DNA of 32,911 bases, from contig NC_068983.1 of NCBI RefSeq assembly GCF_001194135.2, positions 121,394,970-121,427,880 on the forward strand, given 5' to 3'. Below the pieces are notes generated by a model. The model was given only the letters and a program-made list of their open reading frames with translations, was not told the DNA's origin and ran no database searches. Position 1 is the first letter of the stretch. Every line of letters starts with the position of its first letter. Source of the DNA: Octopus bimaculoides (taxonomy: Eukaryota). This document shows, piece after piece, positions 1-10,595 of this stretch. The translations under genes and the position numbers were made by a program.

Positions 1-47
1 AGAAACAGGAGGAGGGGGTTAGATGAAGAGTATATATGTATATATAT

Positions 48-269
48 AATTTAAATAAACAGAAAATGGAGAAAACTTTAGATCATCAATCAAACAAATT
101 GACCAACATCAGTTAATTATTTTTTAATACAAAACATAACATAGCATTACAGAACTGTTATGCAATGTTATGTTATGCTATGCTTTGTATCAAAAAATAA
201 TTAACCAATGTTGGTCAATTTGTTTGTTTGTTGATCTAAAGTTTTCTCCATTTTCTGCTTATTTAAATT
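48..269. mobile_element. Foldback/MITE-like element: imperfect palindrome with ~105-bp arms
   Basis: Left arm AATTTAAATAAACAGAAAATGGAGAAAACTTTAGATCA...CAAATTGACCAACAT is the reverse complement of the right arm ...ATGTTGGTCAATTTG...TGATCTAAAGTTTTCTCCATTTTCTGCTTATTTAAATT. It is preceded by a (TA)n run, and a second (half) copy lies at 32502-32603. Confidence 0.75.
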
Positions 270-365
270 TGATTGATTCCAGATAAACTTTTATTTATTC
301 AGTTATTACCTGTACCCTATGAGCATAGGTGTGCCTGCATACCCATGTCCATAGGTAAATGATAT

Positions 366-621
366 GCAGGTGGCACGTAAAATACACCATTTTGAGCATG
401 GCCGTTGCCAGTACCCCCTGACTGGCCGTCGTGCCGGTGGCACGTAAAAGCACCCACTACACTCTCAGAGTGGTTGGCGTTAGGAAGGGCATCCAGCTGT
501 AGAAACTCTGCCAAATCAGATTAGAGCCTGGTGTTGCTATCTGGTTCACCAGTCCGCAGTCAAATCATCCAACCCATGCTAGCATGGAAAGCAAACGTTA
601 AACGATGATGATGATGCTGAT
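366..621 (+). mobile_element. Family A: 5'-truncated 3' end of an RTE-clade LINE with (GAT)n tail
   Basis: Near-identical to 9458-9710 and to the reverse complement of 4351-4600 and 11986-12250. It has the palindrome CCATGCTAGCATGG (574-587) before a GATGATGAT tail. The 4351-5113 copy links this sequence to an RTE ORF terminus. Confidence 0.8.
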
Positions 622-702
622 ATGATACTGGTAGTAAGAATAGATATTCTTATCCCTTAGATGGTTATCCCAACTGCTAACTCTACTTACCTATATACAT
701 AC

Positions 703-948
703 GTGTGTGTGTGTGGACGCGTGTGTGCATGTCTTTGCATCTGTGTTTGTCCCCCACCACCACTTGATAACCAGTGTTAGTGTGTTTACATCCCAGTAAC
801 TTAACAGTTCGGCAAAAGAGACCGATAGAACAAGTATCAGGCTTAAAAAAAAAAAAGAACTTGGGTTGATTCATTCAACTAAAAATTCTTCAAAGTGGCG
901 CACCAGCATGGACACAATCTAATGAGTGAGACAAGTAAAATATAAAGG
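703..948 (+). mobile_element. Family B SINE, 3' half (diverged)
   Basis: (GT)n followed by TGTTTGTCCCC...CGGCAAAAGAGACCGATAGAA...CCAGCATGG...ACAAGTAAAA, matching the 3' half of 7107-7543. Confidence 0.7.
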
Positions 949-1106
949 TAAAATAGACTGTATCATGTTTTGCTTAGCAGCAATGCATGATACCAGAAAT
1001 TTTGACAAGCTAGTCCATTCCTTATTTGAAAATCCGCGTAAACAGAGTTAGGACAGGCTAGTTTGTGCTTATATAATAATCTGCATTATTATTATTATTT
1101 CCTTTA

Positions 1107-1223
1107 GTGAAGGCGCATGGCTTAGTGGTTAAGGTAATTGGGTCATGTTCATAATTGGGTCATGAGTTCAATTTCCAGCAGTGCGTTGTGTCATTGAGCA
1201 AAACACTTTATTTCACATCGTTC
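1107..1223 (+). mobile_element. Family D tRNA-derived SINE head (diverged)
   Basis: GTGAAGGCGCATGGCTTAGTGG (A box), GAGTTCAATTTCC (B-box-like) and GAGCAAAACACTTTATTTCAC, homologous to 16123-16215. Confidence 0.6.
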
Positions 1224-1225
1224 AT

Positions 1226-1438
1226 AGGGCAGTGAGCTGGCAGAATCATTAGCACACCAGTTAAAATGTTTAGTGGCATTTTGTCTGTCTTCACATTCTG
1301 AGTTCAAATTCTGCTGCCTTTCATCCTCTAGGGATTGATAAATTAAGTACCAGTCAATTACTGGGGTTGATGTAATCGACTTACCCCTCTCCCAAAATTA
1401 CTGGCCTTGTGCCAAAATTTGAAATCACTATCATCATT
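1226..1438 (+). mobile_element. Family E SINE
   Basis: GAGCTGGCAGAATC...CTGAGTTCAAATTC...CCTTTCATCCT...ATAAATTAAGTACCAG...GGCCTTGTGCCAAAATTTGAAA, matching copies at 9219, 16748, 17293 and 19891. Confidence 0.8.
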
Positions 1439-1444
1439 TTCCTG

Positions 1445-2300
1445 GTCAATTGAAAAAGTAGTTATCCATATTGATGTAATTGACTGCTCTCATGCTCCAA
1501 AATGTGGGCCCTCTGACCAGCTTAGAAATCAATATTATTATTCTTCCCTACACCCCCTTAGGACAAAATAAAGAATTGATAACATATACTTCAGACGTTG
1601 GAATGGCAGAGATGACAAAGTGATAGACAACATGCCTTCAGCATTTAATTACCTCTTCTTACATTCTGAGTTCACACCCTGCCAAGGTCAATTTTGCCCA
1701 TTGTCTTTCTCAGGTTGATAAAGCTGGAATTCATCTAACCAACTTTATCCCTTCCACAAAATGTGTGGCCTTACACCAATGTTACAAATCATGAAAAAAC
1801 ATCGATCAGAAAGATGAGTGATGGTAATAAATTCCTTGTGGTGTTTAGTTACATCTTTTTATGTTCAGAGTTCAAATCCTACCTGATCGACTTGGCCTTC
1901 AATCCTACGCATTACACAACAGAAGCAATAAATTCAAACACTTGTACTATTATACTGAGTTGATTCAATCACCTACAGTCTTTTCCCACTCTCCAAAAAA
2001 CAGCAGCCTTGATCCAATTTAAAAATCCTTTATTATCAATAGTAATGGAGTAGTAGTAATAACAGAGAGCTAGATTAAATGCTTAGTCATCGTTTTAAGT
2101 AAAAATTTATATATGTTCCTTTGCACTGAAATTCAAATGTTATGTGTTAACAGTACCTTTCAATAATCTCCATGTAAAATTAATCAAATAAATACCTGTC
2201 AAAAGCTGAAATCAATCTCATAGGCTACACCCTCACCAAAATTTGTAGCCTTGAGCCACTCTAAAAACATACATTATTAGCAGTAGACTTCTAGTAAACT
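1445..2300 (+). repeat. Head-to-tail run of about four degraded family E copies
   Basis: Recurring remnants CTGAGTTCA/CAGAGTTCAAAT, CAAAAT..GGCCTT and ATTATT tails at roughly 200-250 bp spacing (about 1445, 1598, 1820, 2065). Confidence 0.5.
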
Positions 2301-3040
2301 TCTCTCTCTCTCTCTCTCACATACACACACACTCTCCTCTCTCTGAACTGGTTATATAAAAGGGCCAAGAAAGGGACGTTCACATCACAGCCCCACTACC
2401 AATCTTTTCACCACCACTGTAAACATAAAAAAAAAAGCAAGTGCTGTAGCCATGATAAATATTTAGAGTAAATAAATATGTGTATGTAAATATTTCAGTA
2501 ATAGTCCAAAACTAATGTTTTTCTGATGCAACTGTGTCATCATCATCATCATCATTACCATTACTGTGGAGTAGTGGTAATAGAAGTAAGTGTGGTGTAC
2601 TTGTTTCCTCCTTATAATTTTTTGCTTGTTTATGTGTGTGTGATATGTACATATATTTATATATAAGAGAACCTTGTGAATGTAAGTGTGTGTGTGTGTG
2701 TGTGTGTATGAAGTTGCTTCCAGTAATTGCACACACACACTGCTCCCAATAATGAAGTCCATGTGGTTTCTTTACTTGGTATTTGTCAGTCACAGCTGCA
2801 AGTAGATGCCCTATACCTACAAGTCTAAAGTCCTAAATATTGGGATATCCATGTATGGGATGAGTGAGGAACACAGGTTACACTAGACTATGAAAATAAC
2901 ATTAAATAGCTTTTTAAAAGATAACCATAAATTTGATAGTCTCTCTCACCAGTTGAGAGTGGGGGAGGCAGACAGAGAGGACACAAAGTTCAGATATTTC
3001 CATGTTAGTATAGATTACACCTTTTTAGCTACATTCAGAC

Positions 3041-3041
<1 letters not shown>

Positions 3042-3078
<37 letters not shown>
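3042..3078. repeat. (CA)n microsatellite
   Basis: Direct reading. Confidence 0.95.
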
Positions 3079-3079
<1 letters not shown>

Positions 3080-3435
3080 TTATATATGTGTAAGTGTATG
3101 TCTTGAGCACCGAGGGCGATTTGATCAAGTATCATGTTCAAAGTGAATAGCAAATAAGTATTTTCTCTGGTTATGACACTAATCAGTCAATAGCAGGTTA
3201 ACTTACTCAGATCAAGCTGATACACATGTATTTACTCAACAGATATGTGTGCTAAGGTAATGTAGTAGACATTCAAGTAAACAAACAAACTTGGATTTAG
3301 AAAGAATAACTGTTGTGGTGCGTTTCACCTAGTTGTCAGGAAAATGTATCAAGATCATCTGGAAATGTGATTTGTTACAGGCCAGTATCCTAGCCAGAGA
3401 AAGATTAATCTCACATTGATTCACACCAAGAAAAT

Positions 3436-3572
3436 GGGACTTAATTTATCGACCCCGAAAAGATAAAAGGCAAAGTCAACCTCGGCGGAATTTGAACTCA
3501 GAACGTAACGGCAGACAAAATACCGCTAAGCATATTGCCCAGCATGCTAATGTTTCTGTCAGCAAGCCGCCT
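3436..3572 (-). mobile_element. Family E SINE, 5' part
   Basis: Reverse complement gives AGGCGGCTTGCTGACAGAAAC...CTGAGTTCAAATTCCGCCGAGGTTGACTTTGCCTTTTATC...GGGGTCGATAAATTAAGT. Confidence 0.75.
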
Positions 3573-4350
3573 ATAACCTTGTACGTTAATATATTCAATA
3601 CTACAATGTGCAAGGTATCCATTTTTTTTTCTTCCAAGATTGTAGAAGGTGATTAGAGGGAGATTTGGCTGCTTTCTCCAGCAGGTTGAACTATTACATA
3701 AAAAGTGTTACAAGTAGCACAATGCACCATGTACAAGGTCAGCATGCTATGGGCACTGAGTACACAATCAGTCTACCAGAAACACTACCATAGCATGTGC
3801 ACACACAACTTCTCAAGAAGTATAACATTATCTTTTAATTCCTTCCAACTGTTTTAACACCTGAAACTATTTCAAATTTAAGAGAACATTTATGTAGCCT
3901 AATGATTTATGTATGTATAATAGTCAACATGAAAAAATTAACTAATAATGTTCACACACACCCCCCACGCCACCTTTTTTTTTTACCTTGTATTTCTTTC
4001 TAGAGAGCTGTTTAGTGCTTTCTGCATGCAATATGTTACCACTGACTTACTAACTTGTTTTTTATTTGGTTTTTGAGGGTCTTTTGTATGTGGATAGTAT
4101 CTATGAGTTATTTCATTTCTAACTAATTTTATTTTTCTGCACACAATCTTGAGCATTTATTTACTGATTTATTCATCACTACTTTAGCAAAAATAAGACA
4201 GAAAAGAATAGGTTCAGAGTTGCAATGAGATACTTGCTTAAAAATTAAAAAAAAATTAAAATTTAGACATATGACTATTAATATTGTTTATTCCTCACTG
4301 CATATTTATTTCTTATCTTTCAAATGTTCAATGTATTAAATATGTTAACA

Positions 4351-4354
4351 GTCG

Positions 4355-4406
<52 letters not shown>

Positions 4407-5113
4407 TTAACGTCTGCTTTCCATGCTGGCATGGGTTGGATGGTTTGACTGAGGGCTGGCAAGCCAGAAGGCTGCACCAGGCTCCAATCCGATCTGGCAA
4501 AGTTTCTACAGCTGGATGCCCCTCCTAACACCAACCACTCCGATAGTGTAGTGGGTGCTTTTTATGTGCCACGGGCATGGGACCAGTCAGCCAGCACTGG
4601 CATCAACCACACTCAAATGGTGCTTTTTATGTGCCACCAGCATGGGAGCCAGTCAGGCGGCACTGGCAACAATCATGCTTGAATGGTGCTTTTTACATAC
4701 CACTGGCATGGGACCAGTCAGGCGGCACTGGCATCAACCATGTTCGAATGGTGCTTTTTATGTGCCACCGGCACAGGTGCCAATCAAGCAGTACTGTCAT
4801 CAGCCACAACAGCGATTTCACTTGAATCAACAGGTCTTCACAAGCGCAGTTTATTGCCCAATGATTGAAGAGTATTCTTAAATGGTCTGGTTATGCTGCA
4901 CTGGTATAGGCCACAGTTACAGTCTCACTTGGCTTGCTGGGTCTTCTCAAGCACAGCATATCTCCAAAAGTCTCAGTCACTTGTCATTGCCTTGATGAGG
5001 TCCAACGTTCAAAGGTCATGCTTCACCACCTCATCCCAGGTATTCCTGGGTCTACCTCTTCCACAGGTTCCCTCTACTGCTAGGGTGTGACACTTTTTCA
5101 CACAGCTGTTCTC
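4351..5113 (-). mobile_element. 5'-truncated RTE-clade LINE: ORF C-terminus, 3'UTR with 65-66-bp tandem units, (ATG)n tail
   Basis: Minus-strand translation of 5113-4925 gives ENSCVKKCHTLAVEGTCGRGRPRNTWDEVVKHDL*TLDLIKAMTSD*DFWRYAVLEKTQQAK*, the typical RTE terminal GRGRPRxxW...DRxxWR pattern. The two internal TGA stops look like CGA>TGA decay. The (CAT)n tail is at 4356-4406. Confidence 0.85.
4925..5113 (-). pseudogene. RTE-clade LINE ORF C-terminal remnant (63 codons, 2 internal stops)
   Basis: Manual translation shows the GRGRPRNTWDEVVKHDL and DFWRYAV motifs. Confidence 0.8.
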
Positions 5114-5470
5114 AAGCATTAGCATTAATGTAAATCTATTTTCAAGTTATATATTTAATAATGCATAAATTTCTTTCACATATAGCTATATATATATTAA
5201 ATGGTTCAAATGTACAAGAAACAAAAGACAAAGATAGGTGAGATAACAACAAGGTATATTAGTTTGACACTCAGGAAAAATGGAAGTCTTTGATGTTTTG
5301 AGCCTATGCCCTTTAACAGAAAGGAATGAAGAAAGAAAACGGAGAAAGAAAAGAGCTGAGAGAGAAAAAATGTGTGTGAATTAATGATTTCACATGTGAA
5401 ATTGACTGATATTACAATGAATTTAGAAAATGAATATTCCAATTGTTTGATCAATGGAATGGAACTATTA

Positions 5471-5862
5471 TTCTTTTACTTGTTTCAGTCATTTGACTGC
5501 GGCCATGCTGGAGCACCGCCTTTTAGTTGAGCAAATCGACCCCAGGATTCTTTGTAAGCCTAGTACTTATTCTATCGGTCTCTTTTTGCCGAACCGCTAA
5601 GTTATGGGGACGTAAACACACCAGCATCGGTTGTCAAGCGATGCTGGGGGGTGGGACAAACACAGACACACAAACATATATATATATACATATATACGAC
5701 GGGCTTCTTTCAGTTTCCGTCTACCAAATCCACTCACAAGGCTTTGGTCGGCCCGAGTCTATAGTAGAAGACACTTGCCCAAGGTACCATGCAGTGGGAC
5801 TGAACCCGGAACCATGTGGTTGGTAAGCAAGCTACTTACCCCACAGCTATTCCTGTGCCTAT
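5471..5862 (-). mobile_element. Family B tRNA-derived SINE, full length
   Basis: Reverse complement of 7107-7543, with B box GGTTCAGTCCC, an internal (TA)/(CA) microsatellite and an AGTAAAAGA tail. Confidence 0.9.
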
Positions 5863-6075
5863 TCATTAAATTATACAATAAGTGACAAAAAATTCCAAAG
5901 GTTTGCACATTTAATGCAATTTCCAGCCAGATTTAGTAGGATATGGTTCTGCTCCCCAAAGTTGTTAATAATGAAAACAAAGAACCACTTGACTGGGTAG
6001 TGACATTTTTTAAAATCAACATGTGCATGATCCCATCACATTCAGCAATACATTAAAGATTTAGATTATGTAGAC

Positions 6076-6320
6076 CAGTGATTCTCAACTGGGGTCCCTA
6101 TACAATTTTGTTGTCAAAGTTCAAGTGCAATAAATAGCTTACACTTCTACAATATGCAAAATATTTTAATTTTTTCTATACAATTGTTAATAATATTTAA
6201 TTATATAAATACAGTAGGATATTTTTTTTTATAGATGTTGAATAGTCATGTGGGTCCAGTAGTGTAAAATAGGAATTAAAGGAGTCCAGTCCATAGACCA
6301 AAATTATTTGAGAACCATTT
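6076..6320. mobile_element. Non-autonomous hAT (Charlie-like) DNA transposon / MITE
   Basis: Termini CAGTGATTCTCAA ... TTGAGAACCATTT resemble the CAGTGGTTCTCAA-type TIR. They are flanked by a perfect 8-bp TSD ATGTAGAC (6068-6075 and 6321-6328), the hAT hallmark. Confidence 0.8.
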
Positions 6321-6620
6321 ATGTAGACAAATTTGGAATCCAAAAGTCTGATGACAGGAGAAAATTTTGTGCTGGTCTCGCTAGGCTGCTTTCTACACAT
6401 ATTTTATTGTTAAAATTTTGGTTCATACACACACACTCACACATGTATGTATATGTGTTCGTATATAAGTACGCATATAAAACTATGATGTTCATATGTA
6501 CTATTGTCTAGACATCATGGTTGTAAACAAGCATCATTGTCATAAAAGTGGTGGTGTTTGTTTCTAGTTTGCTGTAAAAACATACCTGGCTATGGAGAAA
6601 TGTTACTTAGCTTCGAAACA

Positions 6621-6730
6621 GGTGAGGGTTGGTGGCAGGAAGAGCATCTCGCCATGGAAAATCTGTCTCAACAAATTCCATCTGACCTATGCCACTATGG
6701 AAAATGGACATTAAATGATATTGATAATGT
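6621..6730 (+). mobile_element. Old family-A-related RTE 3' tail
   Basis: GGTTGGTGGCAGGAAGAGCATC...GGAAAATGGACATTAAATGAT parallels the family A end; a similar remnant lies at about 30297-30392. Confidence 0.45.
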
Positions 6731-6803
6731 ATATCTATATTATGATGCTGTTCCCATCTCCTTATTAGGAGGCATAAGTACTTATACACACATGTACGCA
6801 CAT

Positions 6804-6947
6804 GACAGAAACTTCCGCCTACCAAATTCAATGACAAGGCTTTGGTTGGCCCAGAAGACACTGCCCAAGGTACCACACAGTGGAACTGAACCTGAAACGA
6901 TGTGCCTGGAAAGCAAGCTTCCTAACCACAGTCATGCTTGTACCTAT
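6804..6947 (-). mobile_element. Family B SINE, 5' half (diverged)
   Basis: CTACCAAATTC..ACAAGGCTTTGGT...GCCCAAGGT...GGAACTGAACC matches the family B head on the minus strand. Confidence 0.7.
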
Positions 6948-7106
6948 GTATAATTAACATATAAACACACACATATATACATACACACACACATACATAC
7001 ATACATAAATACATACAAATACATATACATACTTATATATAAATACATTTATACATGTATACATATAGATACGTATATAAATATACATACATATACACAC
7101 ACACAT

Positions 7107-7275
7107 ATAGGCGCAGGTGTGGCTGTGTGGTAAGTAGCTTGCTTACCAACCACATGGTTCCAGGTTCAGTCCCACTGCGTGGCACCTTGGGCAAAGTGTC
7201 TTCTACTATAGCCTCGGGCCGACCAAAGCCTTGTGAGTGGATTTGGTAGACGGAAACTGAAAGAAGCCTGTCGTA

Positions 7276-7340
<65 letters not shown>

Positions 7341-7543
7341 TTGTGTGTCTGTGTTTGTCCCCCTACCATCGCTTGACAACCGATGCTGGTGTGTTTATGT
7401 CCCCGTAACATTAGCGGTTCAGCAAAAAGAGACTGATAGAATAAGTACTAGGCTTACAAAGAATAAGTCCTGGGGTCGAATTTTTCGACTAAAGGCGGTG
7501 CTCCAGCATGGCTGCAGTCAAATGACTGGAACATGTAAAGAGT
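7107..7543 (+). mobile_element. Family B tRNA-derived SINE, full length, with internal (TA)n
   Basis: ATAGGCGCAGGTGTGGCTGTGTGGTAAG (A-box region), GGTTCAGTCCC (B box), (TA)n at about 7273-7330, and 3' end CCAGCATGGCTGCAGTCAAATGACTG. About ten copies occur in the window. Confidence 0.9.
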
Positions 7544-7806
7544 GAATACACACACCTATATATACATTTTCAACCAAAGTTATTAGCACCCACAAAATTT
7601 CAGGCCTTGTGCCTGTAGTAAATTATACTAGTAACTTTTGTCAAACTAATAAAATTCAGCAGTATCAGCAACAGTAGCAGCAACTGGCAGCAGCAGCAGC
7701 AAATAAGAACTGGTATACTCTGCGCTGAGTTAGAATACGTTTCTTTTTGGGGAAGGGAAAATTTTTACATGCTCTTCCAAAACATGGTAGTGTGGAAAAA
7801 AAACAG

Positions 7807-7810
<4 letters not shown>

Positions 7811-7877
<67 letters not shown>
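7811..7877. repeat. (GT)n microsatellite
   Basis: Direct reading. Confidence 0.95.
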
Positions 7878-7878
<1 letters not shown>

Positions 7879-8009
7879 ACGCGCTTGCATGCATGCGTAT
7901 GTGATGATGGTGATAGCTAGCACATTTTTTGCATCATTAATAGACCTAAATATTCCTTATCTCTAAAGAAGAGCCTTCCCCAGCCCTCCCACAAGATGAC
8001 ACAGTTTCT

Positions 8010-8110
8010 TCTCTCTCTCTATCTCTCTCTCTCTCTCCATCTCTCTCACTCTCTATCTCTATCTCTCTCTCTCTCTCCATCTCTCTCACTCTCTATCTCT
8101 ATCTCTCACT
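8010..8110. repeat. (CT)n-derived repeat with 40-bp higher-order period
   Basis: 8021-8060 and 8061-8100 are identical: ATCTCTCTCTCTCTCTCCATCTCTCTCACTCTCTATCTCT. Confidence 0.85.
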
Positions 8111-8635
8111 TTGCAAGAATAACAACCATCGTAACCATTTCTAAGCATTTCATTCTTTAACAACTATCTCAAAGAATCCATCTTCAGAGACACGGTAGGA
8201 TACATCTTATACTGTGACCCCCTCTTTCTCCCACCTTTGTCAACCTTGATCAAACGGACTTACAAATAATTACCCCCTCCACCACCACCAACAACAACAA
8301 CAACGCCACCACCACTACCACCACCAGAGTAACTATTGCACTGTTGCTTACATCATTGTATATGAAAGGTGGTGGATGCAGAAAAAGAAGTGTTGGACAA
8401 AATGTTTTCTTTGATTACACATTTACTTATGTCTCTTCATGTTCTTGCTTCAAATCATGTGGCAGCCCAGTTCACTTTTCATCTCTCTGGAGGCCGGACG
8501 TACTATAAAGTTATTCCATTCGACCATACTTTTACTTACAAGTTTGTGATCTTGTGTTATTTTCATACAACTGAGTTCAACTAGTTTAATTTAATTTTTT
8601 TTATTATTATTGTCATTGTTGTTATTAAAAAGACC

Positions 8636-8849
8636 ACAAGCTGGCATTATAGATATCATGCTGGACAAGTTATTCAGTGGCATTTCTTTCTGTTTTATGT
8701 TGTGAGTTCAAATTTCACCAATGCCAAATTCACCCTTCATCCTCTTGGAGTCAATAAAAGAAGTACCAGTCAAGCACTGGGGACAATATAATCAACTGCT
8801 TCCCTCCTACAGAATTTCAGGCCTTGTGCCTATAGTAGAAAGAATTATT
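8636..8849 (+). mobile_element. Family E SINE (diverged)
   Basis: GTGAGTTCAAATTTC...CTTCATCCT...ATAAAAGAAGTACCAG...AATTTCAGGCCTTGTGCCTATAGTAGAAAG followed by ATT. Confidence 0.7.
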
Positions 8850-9208
8850 GTTGTTGTTGGCACTCCATCGCTTACGATGTCGAGGGTTCCAGTTGATCCA
8901 ATCAATGGAACAGCCTGCTCGTGAAATTAACATGCAAGTGGCTGAGCACTCCACAGACACATGTACCCTTAACATAGTTCTCGGGGAGATTCAGCGTGAC
9001 ACAATGTGACAAGGTTGACCCTTTGAATTACAGTAAGAGAGAGAGAAAGTTAGGGTGAAAGAGTACAGCAGGGATCGCCACCATCTCCTGCCAGAGCCTC
9101 ATGGAGCTTTACGTGTTTTCGCTCAATAAACACTCACAACGACCGGTCTGGGAATCAAAACCATGATCCTATGATGGCGAGTCCGCTACCCTAACCACCA
9201 GGCCATTG
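8850..9208 (-). mobile_element. Family C tRNA-derived SINE with internal deletion
   Basis: Reverse complement of 31551-31933. It lacks about 30 bp of the GAAACAGGAAG segment and the first ~9 nt, and sits in the ATT/GTT tail of the preceding E copy. Confidence 0.85.
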
Positions 9209-9218
9209 TTGTTATTAT

Positions 9219-9457
9219 TAAGGTGTCGACCTGACAGAATCATTAGCATGCCAGGCAGAATGCTTAGCGGTATTTCATCCATCCTTATATTCCGAGTTCA
9301 AATTTTGCTGAGGTAAACCTTGCTTTTCATCTTTTCAGGGTGGATAAAATAAGTACCAGATGAGCACTGGGGGTCAATCTAATCAATCTATCCTGCCTTC
9401 AGAATTGCTGGCCTTGTGTCAAAACTGGAAAGCATTATTATTATTATTATTATTATT
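9219..9457 (+). mobile_element. Family E SINE with (ATT)n tail
   Basis: CTGACAGAATCATTAGCA...CCGAGTTCAAATT...GGCCTTGTGTCAAAACTGGAAAGC followed by (ATT)n. Confidence 0.8.
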
Positions 9458-9710
9458 AAAATACACCATTTCAAGCGTGGCCATTGCCAGTACCCGCCTG
9501 ACTGGCCCTCGTGCCGGTGGCACGTAAAAGCACCCATTACACTCTCAGAGTGGTTGGCGTTAGGAAGGGCATCCAGCTGTAGAAACTCTGCCAAATCAGA
9601 TTAGAGCCTGGTGTCGCCTCCTGATCCACCAGTCCTCAGTCAAATCGTCCAACCCATGCTAGCATGGAAAGTGGACGTTAAACAACGACGATGATGATGA
9701 TGATGATGAT
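9458..9710 (+). mobile_element. Family A RTE 3' end
   Basis: Near-identical to 366-621, with a (GAT)n tail. Confidence 0.85.
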
Positions 9711-9766
9711 TAAGGCAGCAAGTTAGCAGAATTATTAGTGCATCAAACAAAATGTTTAGCGACGTT
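9711..9766 (+). mobile_element. Family E SINE head, truncated by assembly gap
   Basis: TAAGGCAGCAAGTTAGCAGAATTATTAG...AAAATGTTTAGCG followed by Ns. Confidence 0.55.
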
Positions 9767-10286
9767 NNNNNNNNNNNNNNNNNNNNNNNNNNNNNNNNNN
9801 NNNNNNNNNNNNNNNNNNNNNNNNNNNNNNNNNNNNNNNNNNNNNNNNNNNNNNNNNNNNNNNNNNNNNNNNNNNNNNNNNNNNNNNNNNNNNNNNNNNN
9901 NNNNNNNNNNNNNNNNNNNNNNNNNNNNNNNNNNNNNNNNNNNNNNNNNNNNNNNNNNNNNNNNNNNNNNNNNNNNNNNNNNNNNNNNNNNNNNNNNNNN
10001 NNNNNNNNNNNNNNNNNNNNNNNNNNNNNNNNNNNNNNNNNNNNNNNNNNNNNNNNNNNNNNNNNNNNNNNNNNNNNNNNNNNNNNNNNNNNNTTTTTTT
10101 TTTTTTTGTCACAATCACTCTTTGTTCACTGCTAATAAATGTAAGACAAATTTAGATTTTTATTTTTATTAGATAACCAGTACACCAATAAATAGGCTCT
10201 TAAATTTTCCACACAATCACACCAATTTTGTGAATTGAAGCAAAACTTTTAATACAGTTTGCTAGTCAAATTGTAATATCAGCATA

Positions 10287-10595
10287 TACTCTTTTACTCT
10301 TTTACTTGTTTCAGTCATTTGACTGCGGCCATGCTGGAGCACCGCCTTTAGTCGAGCAAATCAACCCCAGGACTTATTCTTTGGATGCCTAGTACTTATT
10401 CTATCGGTCTCTTTCGCCGAACTGCTAAGTTACGGAGACCTAAACACACCAGTATCGGTTGTCAAGCAATGTTGGGGGAACAAACACAGACACACAAACA
10501 TATGCACACACATACATATACATATATATATATATACATATATACGATGTGGTTGGTAAGCAAGCTACTTACCACACAGCCACTCCTGCGCCTAT
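10287..10595 (-). mobile_element. Family B SINE with ~115-bp internal deletion
   Basis: Matches 5471-5862 but jumps from ATATACGA directly to TGTGGTTGGTAAG. Confidence 0.85.

Noticed and set aside
317-514. Recurring MAEFLQLDALPNANHSES... and MLRGHKHTSIGCQAM...-type ORFs
   Set aside because: They are incidental translations of family A and B repeats, with variable stops and frames between copies.
4552-4790. Regularly spaced hairpin-containing repeats resembling a CRISPR array
   Set aside because: The units are contiguous and homologous along their whole length with no unique spacers, they sit in a LINE 3'UTR, the context is eukaryotic, and no cas genes are present.
7655-7705. CAG-rich tract suggesting a polyQ exon
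   Set aside because: It has an in-frame stop and no exon context.
9738-10172. Long ORFs of X residues (also 19384-19728 and 26486-27151)
   Set aside because: They are artefacts of N gaps.
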